Below are positions 49,508 to 58,896 of a DNA stretch of 64,000 nucleotides, in pieces. Under the pieces are notes generated by a model. It searched no databases. It worked only from the letters and a program-made list of their open reading frames with translations, and was not told where the DNA came from. Each line of letters starts with the position of its first letter. Position 1 is the stretch's first letter. A program made the translations under genes and the position numbers. The stretch lies in sequence record MH595538.1. One strand, given 5' to 3'.

Positions 49508-51232
49508 ATGTCACTTATTCGCTTAGTTAAGCTAGTAGACGGCGTTGCAACAGGACTGGGCACTGTCATTAGAACACAAGACAGTCCATATCCTGTACAA
49601 GCTAGTTATAACGAATTTAGACCCACAGAGAACTATCTTAAAGATCATGTCACTTTCTATAACGGAGAGTTATATCAGGCCAAGGCAGACATTGCCGCTG
49701 GTCAATGGAATATCGATCACTGGACAGCGGTCAACGAGTACGTAGGTTATATACAGGAATATCAAGCAGGAGAAACTTACAATCTTGATGAGTTTGTTAT
49801 CCATAATGATCGTCTTTACAAAACCAAAGAGGATGGAATTACAGGCACATGGGATGTAAGTCGATGGGAAGAACTAACGGCTAATACGACTGTCGAAACC
49901 ATCAATGCCTACTTAATCGACAACCACCAATTAAATAAACCTTTATCTAGTGCGGTACTAAAAGGGAATGTAAGAAAGCTGTACTTAGCAGACGGTTCTA
50001 TTCCTGGAGAAACTAGTGGAGTAACGGCTAAAATAAAAACACTTATTGGCTATTACCCTACATGGCGTACAGAGTTCTTTGGCTCAGGTAATACCGACCT
50101 AACGATTCGTAAGCCGTCTAATAGTCCTAGTGCTTTTAGCCACGTTAAACTATCCTTTGCTCACACTAAGCCTGTGTTTGATCCTACTAGTCCCGATTTG
50201 ACCGGGATTGGTTTTAATACTCAATCTGGATTAGAAGCTGCCTTTAAAGAAGACATCGGTAAACTAAGAGCTCGTGGTACAAAAGTCTATCTGTCTGTAG
50301 GAGGAGCCACTTACGGAAGACCTGACGTTGCTGATGCGTGGACTGGACTTATTGATGAATCCGACATTATTGATGCTGGCAGCAATGACTATCCTGCACA
50401 GACTCCTTACACTAAAGCTTTAGTTGATGTGATCGAGTACTTAGACTTGGATGGGATTGATCTGGACTTTGAAGATGATATGGCCTGGCATACTAACGTT
50501 CGAACAACATGGCTAGACAATCAATATAAGCTACTGCGTCTATTTAGGTTCATCGCTGATACAGCAGGCACTGCTTTAGGAAGACCTATTGCGACAGCTA
50601 CTGCATGTTGGTCAACCGGATGGGATAGCAGCGCAGGGAGCGTTGCAGACATTGCTACTCCAGACTACGATGGAAACAAGGTTTCTTACTTTGGAGGATC
50701 GGCTGGTCGAGACAGAAGTCTGTACGGAGGTTACACATCCGTAGACTTAGGTGGCGTGATGAACGCATCCAGCTTTGTTGATGTCTTTGTCAATATGACC
50801 TATGATGCAATATTTTCAGATTTTGCAGGTAATGAAGATCCTGCTGGGCCTTTCGATTCTAACTACGATCCCGTTAAAGCTTATGAGCAGTGCCGCAGCA
50901 TCATTACCGATCCAAATAAAATCTGTACCATAGGGGTTACTAACAATCCAGGGTTTGGAGATCATGAACTTATGGTCTACAGTAACCAGTGTGCTCCCTC
51001 AGGGCCTCATCCTACGGTTTTAGACAAGGATCAATACGGTAACGTCATTGACGCTCCTTTCTCTGTTCAGAGAGTCACTGAGGCGATTGAAGCAAATCTC
51101 ACCCAGTATCCTAATGACGGAATTATTCAATGGTCGATTTATGCGATTGATCCGACAACGTCATATGTCCATGAGGGGAATGCCGAAGCATCCTGGAAAG
51201 ACATCGTGGATTATGTAGCAACTAAAATGTAA
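49508..51232 (+). CDS. CBM5/12-like repeats plus GH18 chitinase-like catalytic domain
   Basis: YLSVGGATY (SxGG), LDGIDLDFE (DxxDxDxE), VNMTYD, IIQWS; two N-terminal repeats closely similar to those of 40086. Confidence 0.85.
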   Translation: MSLIRLVKLVDGVATGLGTVIRTQDSPYPVQASYNEFRPTENYLKDHVTFYNGELYQAKADIAAGQWNIDHWTAVNEYVGYIQEYQAGETYNLDEFVIHNDRLYKTKEDGITGTWDVSRWEELTANTTVETINAYLIDNHQLNKPLSSAVLKGNVRKLYLADGSIPGETSGVTAKIKTLIGYYPTWRTEFFGSGNTDLTIRKPSNSPSAFSHVKLSFAHTKPVFDPTSPDLTGIGFNTQSGLEAAFKEDIGKLRARGTKVYLSVGGATYGRPDVADAWTGLIDESDIIDAGSNDYPAQTPYTKALVDVIEYLDLDGIDLDFEDDMAWHTNVRTTWLDNQYKLLRLFRFIADTAGTALGRPIATATACWSTGWDSSAGSVADIATPDYDGNKVSYFGGSAGRDRSLYGGYTSVDLGGVMNASSFVDVFVNMTYDAIFSDFAGNEDPAGPFDSNYDPVKAYEQCRSIITDPNKICTIGVTNNPGFGDHELMVYSNQCAPSGPHPTVLDKDQYGNVIDAPFSVQRVTEAIEANLTQYPNDGIIQWSIYAIDPTTSYVHEGNAEASWKDIVDYVATKM

Positions 51233-51260
51233 TATAAGGGCCGGATGTCCGGCCCTTATA
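51233..51260 (+). terminator. Hairpin
   Basis: TATAAGGGCCGGA-TG-TCCGGCCCTTATA. Confidence 0.7.
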
Positions 51261-51283
51261 TGTATCTCAATTTCTTTTTATAC

Positions 51284-51300
51284 CTATATAACCATGGTGT
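51284..51300 (+). promoter_or_regulatory. Putative phage promoter motif, copy 7
   Basis: CTATATAACC-ATGG-TGT. Confidence 0.65.
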
Positions 51301-51331
51301 AATACATCACTTTAAAAACGAGGAAAGGCTA

Positions 51332-51685
51332 ATGGAATATCTTATTCAAGACTGGCCAGTTGTGTTAATGCTAATCGGACTATTCTCAATTCCTTTTATG
51401 CTTCCTGGCGGCCCAGTTGACAATTATCAGAAAAAGAAGGCAGCACTTAAGAAATGGGAAACCATTGAAAAGCAGATTCAGATATTTGAATCTAAGTCTT
51501 TATCAATAGACCCGATAGACTTTCTACATGCTAAAGCAAATTACCTTATCTCTTTGCATCGAGCTTCAATATGCGATCATCCGCTAATTGGGCAAAAGAT
51601 CATGGAGCGAATAAACGAAGTGGAGCGTGAAGTACGTGAAACACAAATGTTCTTAAAATCAACACCTAAACAAGGAGTCCAATGA
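51332..51685 (+). CDS. N-terminally anchored membrane protein
   Basis: Start moved to MEYLI after SD; hydrophobic N-terminus. Confidence 0.7.
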   Translation: MEYLIQDWPVVLMLIGLFSIPFMLPGGPVDNYQKKKAALKKWETIEKQIQIFESKSLSIDPIDFLHAKANYLISLHRASICDHPLIGQKIMERINEVEREVRETQMFLKSTPKQGVQ

Positions 51686-51987
51686 TGGACAACATAATGG
51701 CTATTATTCTAGTTATTGCAATTACGGTTACTATCACTGTAACCGTAATGAGAAAGTCAGATCGTTCTAAGGCACATCTATGGAAAAGGAAATACGGGGA
51801 TGCTTGCGTATATGCCGCGCAGTTAAGTCCTGTTGAAGAAGCACGTTTCCAAGTACATATGTTAGGCCATGCCCACACTAGTCTGTTGTTTAACGACATT
51901 GAGACCTATGACTTCATTTTTGAAAAACTAGACTATTGGACAGCACGGTTAAACGAACTAGAGTCAAAAGAGGACGCTTCTACCTAA
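51682..51987 (+). CDS. N-terminally anchored membrane protein
   Basis: IMAIILVIAITVTITVTV followed by RK. Confidence 0.75.
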   Translation: MMDNIMAIILVIAITVTITVTVMRKSDRSKAHLWKRKYGDACVYAAQLSPVEEARFQVHMLGHAHTSLLFNDIETYDFIFEKLDYWTARLNELESKEDAST

Positions 51988-51992
51988 TAGTA

Positions 51993-52166
51993 TAGTAGAA
52001 CGACCACTGCTTATCGTCTACTTGACATAATTGTCAACTCCTGTATTTAGTCATGGAAGACTTAATCTGCCGCAAGGATGAGTAGGCACCGAAGCGGAGT
52101 TTGGATTAAAGCAGTAAATGACATTTTTCATTATTTGAGTCCTCCTTCGGGAGGGCTCAATTTTTT
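51993..52166 (+). ncRNA. Candidate structured ncRNA or leader ending in an intrinsic terminator
   Basis: ~200-nt ORF-free gap with several stems (ACTGCTT/AAGCAGT, TTGACA-TAAT-TGTCAA, AACTCC/GGAGTT, TTAATC/GATTAA, CC-GCAA-GG). Confidence 0.4.
52135..52166 (+). terminator. Intrinsic terminator
   Basis: TTGAGTCCTCC-TTCG-GGAGGGCTCAA-TTTTTT. Confidence 0.85.
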
Positions 52167-52184
52167 ATGTTTTAAGGAAAAGAT

Positions 52185-52640
52185 ATGACTACTGAAGGCT
52201 TCCCTTTCATCGACCATGGCAAGATGATTGAAGATGTAGAACGCATAGCAATTACCTATGATGAATCTACAATAAGAGGAGGGATTAACATGCTAGTCCC
52301 TTCAGAAGATGGAAATGAAAACATCCTTGTCTCTATAAATCCGGATGTGGTGAAAGAAGGCCCTGGAACTGATCTTCTGTATCGGCGACATAAAAATAAA
52401 GGAGAGTATTATTTCGACTATCAGCCAGGTCCTGAAGCATGCAAGGACACTGACATTGGAGCGGTTTCCCCATTAGCGCTCAGTAGGCAAGCAGAAATTT
52501 TTGACTGGAATCACAGAAGGGCAAAAGAACAGGAAGTTAAGCTTCTTACAGAAGCCGACATTATTAAGCAGATTGCTGAGCATAGCGAGCAAATAAAAGC
52601 GCTTACGGAAACTTTAACGAACATGAAAAAGGAAAAGTAA
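52185..52640 (+). CDS. Hypothetical protein with C-terminal coiled coil
   Basis: 151-aa ORF with SD. Confidence 0.8.
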   Translation: MTTEGFPFIDHGKMIEDVERIAITYDESTIRGGINMLVPSEDGNENILVSINPDVVKEGPGTDLLYRRHKNKGEYYFDYQPGPEACKDTDIGAVSPLALSRQAEIFDWNHRRAKEQEVKLLTEADIIKQIAEHSEQIKALTETLTNMKKEK

Positions 52641-53105
52641 ATGTGGGAAGAACTACATAGATTTAGTCCATTAGAAGGACTATTGATAGCCAATGTTATT
52701 GCGATGACGCTGACCTTAACTATTGCTCATTTAAAGAAACGACATGGCAAAGACCATAAGTTCCTTCGGATGCAGTCAATCATTAACGAGGAGCTACCTA
52801 AAGAGGCTGAACACCTCCATAACAACGGTCTTAACTTTAACGATGCATGTTGCCTCTCCAGAATCAAGGTGATCAATTCGGTCTGGGCTGCTTATTGTGA
52901 TTCATATACTTGTACGGAATACTTGCTTGAAGATCTCGCTAAGGAAGCCTATGATCTGCGCAGACTTTATGATAACGCACGAAAGGCCGGCAATCAAGAT
53001 TTCTATTGCAAAGCAGTAATCGAGGCAGTAGATTTTTCAAGAGCAGCGTGTTATTACGCAGAAGAAATCCACGGTATACATAAGGAGTCATTAGGATGGC
53101 TATAA
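52641..53105 (+). CDS. N-terminally anchored membrane protein
   Basis: GLLIANVIAMTLTLTIA followed by HLKKR. Confidence 0.75.
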   Translation: MWEELHRFSPLEGLLIANVIAMTLTLTIAHLKKRHGKDHKFLRMQSIINEELPKEAEHLHNNGLNFNDACCLSRIKVINSVWAAYCDSYTCTEYLLEDLAKEAYDLRRLYDNARKAGNQDFYCKAVIEAVDFSRAACYYAEEIHGIHKESLGWL

Positions 53106-53443
53106 CACTTTCATTATTAGACTTTTCCGTACTTGTATTTTTCAATCTAATACTTACGCTGAAGGTCATTGGAGACTGGAGAACGAAACGACGCGGCAGT
53201 AAATTATGGACAGGGCTTACTTCTCACCTGCAATATGTACGTAACCAGATTCACATTACGTACTTATTGAAAATGCCAGTGCATGAGCGTAATCGACATT
53301 TGGCTCAAAACATCCGTAAAGTCATCGAGCTAAACACCGTTACTAAAGACCCTTTGTTTAATGTTTTCGTAGCTAAAGAACTGGCTTACGCAAACAGACT
53401 AGAACGCACACTTGATGATCCGTATGGACCAGAGAAATTATAG
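53096..53443 (+). CDS. N-terminally anchored membrane protein
   Basis: FSVLVFFNLILTL followed by KRR. Confidence 0.75.
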   Translation: MAITLSLLDFSVLVFFNLILTLKVIGDWRTKRRGSKLWTGLTSHLQYVRNQIHITYLLKMPVHERNRHLAQNIRKVIELNTVTKDPLFNVFVAKELAYANRLERTLDDPYGPEKL

Positions 53444-53452
53444 GAGACTACC

Positions 53453-54040
53453 ATGGGTTCTTTTGCAGGAATTGCATTTAACTTTAAACTTAAGCCTTGG
53501 GATAAACTCAATCCTAAAATGACCGCAGTCGCGGCCTTTATGTCGCACTGTAATGACGGCGTGCCAACGAAACCATTCAAGGCAATGCTGGAGTCTCATA
53601 AACTCGATGCCAGAATGTTTAATGGCTTCTCAGGCGATCATCTATTTAACTGGGATGCGACAGGCCATATGGTTAAAGACGACGAAGATGCCATTACGAT
53701 ATGCAGCGTGGTCTCTTGTCGGTCAGGATATGTTGGTCAATGGCAGAAGTTCTTAGATGAATGCAGCTGGAGCAGTCAATTTGAATTGCCTGATGAGCCA
53801 ACGGTAATCATGGTAGCCATTCATGAAACACCTACGTCCCATGCTTACACTAGGCTGACTCTATTGCCGTGCGGTTTTATAACAACCGAGACACATCCTT
53901 TGTCTGCAGAACTTGCAACCAGAGCGATCTGTCCAAGCGAACCATTTAAACCACTAAGGGTTAGTGAGCTATGGGTCCCGTCCATGCTGACTGTTCCTCG
54001 CAAAGAAACACTGGTCAGTAAATCTTGCCAGCTTTCTTAA
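53453..54040 (+). CDS. Hypothetical phage protein
   Basis: 195-aa ORF, SD AGGAG. Confidence 0.75.
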   Translation: MGSFAGIAFNFKLKPWDKLNPKMTAVAAFMSHCNDGVPTKPFKAMLESHKLDARMFNGFSGDHLFNWDATGHMVKDDEDAITICSVVSCRSGYVGQWQKFLDECSWSSQFELPDEPTVIMVAIHETPTSHAYTRLTLLPCGFITTETHPLSAELATRAICPSEPFKPLRVSELWVPSMLTVPRKETLVSKSCQLS

Positions 54041-54087
54041 TGCGTAATTTTACAAAGCATAAACTTTAACAACAGAGAGTAACAATC

Positions 54088-54429
54088 ATGAAAAAAGAAG
54101 TTCTAGATCTACTAGCAAAAGAAGGCGACGTTCTTAAATTCAAAATCCTGGGCTTTCCAGCACAGGGTAAGATGCGTATCAGTCTTGCGGCCAATAATAG
54201 CCTGGGTGCTGAAGACGTGACCGTTGCTCGTCCTAGCGATTTAAACGAAGCGAAGGTTGGCCAGATGGTTAAGATCATCGATGCCTATGGTGATGCGACC
54301 TACGTAACACTAGCCGACAAGAAAACTGCTAAGCCTGCAAAACCTGAAAGAACAGATTCTCGTAAAAACGAACGCACTCCTAACTTTAAGCAGGTATCCG
54401 GTGTAGCTCGTGAAAAGCGTGAATGGTAA
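54088..54429 (+). CDS. Small hypothetical protein (possible OB-like fold plus basic tail)
   Basis: 113-aa ORF; fold guess is weak. Confidence 0.7.
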   Translation: MKKEVLDLLAKEGDVLKFKILGFPAQGKMRISLAANNSLGAEDVTVARPSDLNEAKVGQMVKIIDAYGDATYVTLADKKTAKPAKPERTDSRKNERTPNFKQVSGVAREKREW

Positions 54430-54440
54430 ACTGAACTTAT

Positions 54441-54463
54441 AGAGACTGGCATTGCCAGTCTCT
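54441..54463 (+). terminator. Hairpin
   Basis: AGAGACTGGCA-T-TGCCAGTCTCT. Confidence 0.6.
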
Positions 54464-54492
54464 AATCAATATTTTATTTAAAGGATGATAGT

Positions 54493-55107
54493 ATGACTAC
54501 AATCGTACTGGCTAGAGGAAACCTTGCATCAGATCGCATGTGCGTTGAATATACGAACCACTTCATGCATCTACGCAAGAAATCAGCGGTTGGAACAAAT
54601 GGCACTGTGGGTATCGCTATTGGCGGTAAGGCACGCACTAATGAAATACTAGTTAAATTAGCTGACATGTGTGAAGCCTTAGACTGGATTGATATTCATA
54701 TCGAAGAAAATGAAGAAAAGTATAAATATCTTCGCGACGACGCACTGGCACTTTCTAAATCACTCGCTGAGTTACTAGATGAAGATTCACTCTTCGTTGT
54801 ATATCGAAGTCGCGGTAAGGTCAAGATGTGTTATGCCGAAGGACATGTCGGTAATTCGGGAGATCTAGATCTAAAGTCATTGTTCGATGATTCATATCAG
54901 ACATATGGGACCGGTGCAGCTATGGCGGAGTTTGAAATACGCCATCAGTACAGTAAAGGCATTGAAGACTATGCTGTGCTGTTTGAAGTAGTAAGCTCTA
55001 TTGAAGAATGCACCAGCAAAGAACACGATGTCATTTATGGCGAAGATCTTAAGGACATTGCCGAAGTTAAAGAAGTGGATATCAAGATCAAGGAGCTGTT
55101 GAAATGA
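54493..55107 (+). CDS. Ntn-hydrolase, proteasome-beta / HslV-like protein
   Basis: N-terminal M-TTIV, LASD, K near position 30, GIAIGG, YGTGA. Confidence 0.6.
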   Translation: MTTIVLARGNLASDRMCVEYTNHFMHLRKKSAVGTNGTVGIAIGGKARTNEILVKLADMCEALDWIDIHIEENEEKYKYLRDDALALSKSLAELLDEDSLFVVYRSRGKVKMCYAEGHVGNSGDLDLKSLFDDSYQTYGTGAAMAEFEIRHQYSKGIEDYAVLFEVVSSIEECTSKEHDVIYGEDLKDIAEVKEVDIKIKELLK

Positions 55108-55655
55108 ACAAACCGATTATCTTAAACGGCGATTACATTACGTATCCTACATCGACACTAGCGTATGGCAATACCGCTATACATGATGGTTACTGTCGAA
55201 TGACGGAATACGGGATGTTGTTTGCAGATAGCGCAGCAGATCTTACCTACTTTAATGTCCTGCGTAAAGGTTATCCTATTGAAAACTATTTGACTCTAGC
55301 AGGACAGTATGATAAGCGCCGCTTTATACTGATCAATGATCAAGGAGACATCATTGTCCGTACGTTGACTACCGGACCTAAGAAAAATAGTTTCAATGAA
55401 ATAGTCAATGTACACTGCTCTGATATGAAGATGAAGATTGGCTTTTCTGAAAATGCACGCACCGTAGATTTTATCTTAACTGGCCTGCATAAAGGAATGG
55501 ACGGCCCTGAAATCGTAGATTTCCTCAAAGAGCATTCATGTATCGCTACTGACTTTAAAACCGAAAAGGTCAGTGCTATTGTCAAAAGACTCAAAAAGAA
55601 AAAGCTGGGTAACAAACATTTACCTGGCGCTAAATCACTTTTCTCTAATGAATAA
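55104..55655 (+). CDS. Hypothetical protein, possible inactive Ntn-fold partner
   Basis: Coupled to the previous gene; weak positional similarity; no N-terminal Thr. Confidence 0.35.
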   Translation: MNKPIILNGDYITYPTSTLAYGNTAIHDGYCRMTEYGMLFADSAADLTYFNVLRKGYPIENYLTLAGQYDKRRFILINDQGDIIVRTLTTGPKKNSFNEIVNVHCSDMKMKIGFSENARTVDFILTGLHKGMDGPEIVDFLKEHSCIATDFKTEKVSAIVKRLKKKKLGNKHLPGAKSLFSNE

Positions 55656-55682
55656 CTTCCGCATAATTTAAGGAGACGGAAA

Positions 55683-56600
55683 ATGTCAAACACTAAAGAA
55701 TCTATCATCACTTACAAAACTGGTCCAGCTACAGGTACTTTTGTTCTACTGAACAACTCATTTGCCTTTCAGGTATTCGCCGCCTTCTGTGAAGAATGGA
55801 CGGATGCCGACACAGGCATTGCGGCCATCCCAAAAGGCAATATCCATAAAGTCACACGGGATGATAAACAGGGGCCGCTGACTGTCAATGACCTTAAAAA
55901 TCCTAATGGGATCGACTCCTGTGTCTATATCAAGCCAACTCGTCGTGCTGATGGATCGCACTCCCTTGAAGTACAATTGCCAAATAGCGATAAAGGAATC
56001 ATAGGCGGTAGTACTTGCTGTCGTGAAAATAACTGGGTTGGTTTCATATCTGTGACTTATGAAGCAGAATGGTCCAAGCATCGTGCCTTGTACAGTGCTG
56101 CTGATCAATGGGTTCTTAGTAATGCTCGTCGACATAAATTGACAGCGCCTAAGTCAAAAGCGATCTATATGCGAAAGATCACGAATCCGGCACTGGCGCT
56201 ACTGACGGCAGCTAAAGATAATCCTGTGTTCGTTACTGGCGATGGCCGTAACTACCAGGCATATACTTCGGAAAACGTCGCTATGTTGGCTAACGTCCAA
56301 GGCATCACTACTAGCAAGCTAGACTATTATAGTATCAGCTATTACGATAAAGGTATGTCGTATACTGGTGAGCAGCTTGCTCTTGTCAAAGCCATTGCTG
56401 ATAAACCTCGTTTTGTAGAGTTGGCTGCTTTCACTCCTTATCAGGATAAGTTAGGCCATCCTAACTATACTCTGATGCTGCCTAATGCAGAAAGCATTAA
56501 AGTAGAGGCGCACAGTGATGTAAGAATGGTCTATGCGACTAAGGAAGGCAAGCTACTTTACGTTGATGTCCCAGCTGGCAATCTGTCTTTAATTAAATAA
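55683..56600 (+). CDS. Hypothetical protein
   Basis: 305-aa ORF, SD AAGGAG. Confidence 0.8.
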   Translation: MSNTKESIITYKTGPATGTFVLLNNSFAFQVFAAFCEEWTDADTGIAAIPKGNIHKVTRDDKQGPLTVNDLKNPNGIDSCVYIKPTRRADGSHSLEVQLPNSDKGIIGGSTCCRENNWVGFISVTYEAEWSKHRALYSAADQWVLSNARRHKLTAPKSKAIYMRKITNPALALLTAAKDNPVFVTGDGRNYQAYTSENVAMLANVQGITTSKLDYYSISYYDKGMSYTGEQLALVKAIADKPRFVELAAFTPYQDKLGHPNYTLMLPNAESIKVEAHSDVRMVYATKEGKLLYVDVPAGNLSLIK

Positions 56601-56604
56601 AATA

Positions 56605-56630
56605 TAAAGGAGGGCAAATGCCCTCCTTTA
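56605..56630. terminator. Bidirectional hairpin (GGGCA-NN-TGCCC family)
   Basis: TAAAGGAGGGCA-AA-TGCCCTCCTTTA between convergent genes. Confidence 0.75.
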
Positions 56631-56651
56631 CTTATTTACTTTTTTATTTTG

Positions 56652-58886
56652 TTAAGTAAGTACAGTAACGCCTAGAGCCGCTGTATCGATGTCTGCGTTA
56701 TCGGAACGTGAAAGCGCAGTATGTCCCTTAGCATAGTTACTATGGCACATATGACTCAATATACGAGCTCCTGAAGGCACATAAATAGGTCGCCCTGACG
56801 TAGTACCGGTATGATCCCATATGTCATTGCCTTTAACCTTCAAGGTACCATTCTCACCTGGTTGTCCTTCTGCAATGGACGGGTTACCACAGGTTACTGA
56901 AATGTGGTTAGAGCCATCATCGCCATTTGGATAAGCCAGTTCGTTATCCGCAACAACTACATGCATTGCAAAGCCCATATCATCACGGCCTACAACGATG
57001 CCTGCCTGGTTTAAGTTAGGTAAGATGTTGTTTCTTACTTCCACTCGCTCAATAGGCCAGCTGTCAGTAGGCAAAGTCAAACTAACGCCCTTAGTGCACT
57101 TGTTGGCGTAGTTATTCTTGATATGTAGCTCAGGAGAGCCGATAGTAGAGTCTGGATCTACTTCATGCGTCCAATCGATGAAGGTACCTTCATAATCTAA
57201 GACCTTATTATCTTCGATGAAGACCGCACTATCACCATGGATGTTACAGTTGTTACGCATCCAGTGATCGCCGCCTTTGAAAGTATTGTTCTTGATTACA
57301 CAGGTCCTAACGATGCTTGCGCGTTGCTTAACAGAGTTCTCACCAGTATATGTATGCGAGAAGAAGCGAATTGCTTCAGCAGGGTAACTGGCAGGCTGTC
57401 CTTCAGCAGCTGAGTTATGTGCTTCATAGTAATTGTCATACATGAACAGATCACCAGGAATCGGATTAGAGTCCATGTCATTGAGATCCATGCCTCGGTT
57501 CTGCAAGAACAAGAATCGTTCACGACCGCCTAAGATAATGTTACCATAGATCTTGATCACTCCATATTTAGTAATCGTAGGATAGGTATCGGTAGTACCA
57601 TCCGTGTTTGACGATAACATGAACGAGATGCCTACATCTCTGATAACATTACCAGCGATAATCATTTCTTTACCGCCTTGCACCTGGAATGCTTCGCCTT
57701 CTTCATAACCAAGGACGATGTTATTGGCAATGATTGCACCCCACGCATCCTCACCCATTCGAGAAGCTGTTTTAATAGCTGCGCCGTTAGAATCGATAAA
57801 GACATTATCTGTCCAGATTTGACGGTTAGTACCACCAGGCGTCATCGTATTCTGATAACAGTACCGGAAGTAACAGGCGGTCACGCGCACGTCAAATGAA
57901 GAAACCGCATCAGGAACTGTAGCGCTATCATAACCGCCTGAGTGAGCACGCAGTCCGGCATCCCCGAATGACTCTAGGAAACAGCCATCAGCCACAGGAC
58001 TCGTACAGGCACGGAAGTAAAGGCCCTGCTCACCCCAGTTATTATTCTTACTGGTTCCGTTAAGTCCTTTAAGACCAGTGTTCGATAACATCGGAGACAC
58101 ACAGCTATCAAAGCGCACTAGATATTCGCCGCTCCACAATAGGGTGTCTTTAAACAAACGACCATAGGCCATGCGGAAGTTAGACTTGTTTTCAATTAAG
58201 AAGGTAGACTTGCATGCATAGTCGCCATCGATGAATACGGTTGAGCCATCAGGCATAAACTTATTGATGCGAATACAAGCATCCTCTACTGACTGAGGAT
58301 CACCCATTTTAGCGCCAAAGTCAGATAGCTTCACTACGAGGCCATATTCTACATCCATATCCAGAGGCTTAGACGGCAAGAAGTCATTGGCTGTTAATTC
58401 AGCTATTGTTGGACGTTCGGTTTCACCTGCCCATGAGAAACTGACTACTAATGTCTCTGATTCGTCAATGACAGTAACCGGAGCCATAACGCCAGATGCG
58501 TTAATTGTGATTCCGTTATGGATTGCAGGATCTATTGTAACATCTGTCTGCAAGAAGGTTTTGATCTCAAGTAGCGCACTGCTATCATAAAAGAGTGCCC
58601 GGAAACGAGGAATGGTCAGTACGCCTGTCGATGAGTTATATGACAGATTACCGCCTAGTCTGGAAATACCTTTACTGGAAATCGCCGGTACTGCTTTTGT
58701 ATCCGATACGGTTTTCACCCAGTACTCAGGGTCCGTGGGAGCTGTACCTAAAGGTACATCTTTTAATGCACGATATACGCCGTCGCCGGACACTCGTACT
58801 TCGTCAAGGAAACTGTAGACCTCGCTAATGTCATATTCTTCCCTGAACTTACCAAAAACCCTGGCCAGCTTTTTTGTTTGTGCCAT
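56652..58886 (-). CDS. Tailspike / depolymerase-like protein: CBM-like N-terminal repeat plus right-handed parallel beta-helix
   Basis: LARVFG...Y..LDEVRV.G.GVY.A.KDVP.GTAPTDPEYW; repeated IxGNxI and IxNNxL strands; FGAKMGD...TVFIDGDY start typical of pectin-lyase folds. Confidence 0.8.
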   Translation of the reverse strand: MAQTKKLARVFGKFREEYDISEVYSFLDEVRVSGDGVYRALKDVPLGTAPTDPEYWVKTVSDTKAVPAISSKGISRLGGNLSYNSSTGVLTIPRFRALFYDSSALLEIKTFLQTDVTIDPAIHNGITINASGVMAPVTVIDESETLVVSFSWAGETERPTIAELTANDFLPSKPLDMDVEYGLVVKLSDFGAKMGDPQSVEDACIRINKFMPDGSTVFIDGDYACKSTFLIENKSNFRMAYGRLFKDTLLWSGEYLVRFDSCVSPMLSNTGLKGLNGTSKNNNWGEQGLYFRACTSPVADGCFLESFGDAGLRAHSGGYDSATVPDAVSSFDVRVTACYFRYCYQNTMTPGGTNRQIWTDNVFIDSNGAAIKTASRMGEDAWGAIIANNIVLGYEEGEAFQVQGGKEMIIAGNVIRDVGISFMLSSNTDGTTDTYPTITKYGVIKIYGNIILGGRERFLFLQNRGMDLNDMDSNPIPGDLFMYDNYYEAHNSAAEGQPASYPAEAIRFFSHTYTGENSVKQRASIVRTCVIKNNTFKGGDHWMRNNCNIHGDSAVFIEDNKVLDYEGTFIDWTHEVDPDSTIGSPELHIKNNYANKCTKGVSLTLPTDSWPIERVEVRNNILPNLNQAGIVVGRDDMGFAMHVVVADNELAYPNGDDGSNHISVTCGNPSIAEGQPGENGTLKVKGNDIWDHTGTTSGRPIYVPSGARILSHMCHSNYAKGHTALSRSDNADIDTAALGVTVLT

Positions 58887-58896
58887 GTTAGTGTCC

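Noticed and set aside
52022-52050. TTGACA as a sigma70 -35 box
   Set aside because: No good -10 at 16-18 nt on either strand; it is one arm of a palindrome.
52074-52095. GGATGAGTAGGCACCGAAG resembles hammerhead (CUGAUGAG...CGAAA) or glycine riboswitch (CACCGAAG) cores
   Set aside because: CUGA and GAAA are absent, stem II does not pair, and the glycine aptamer's CUCAGG is missing.
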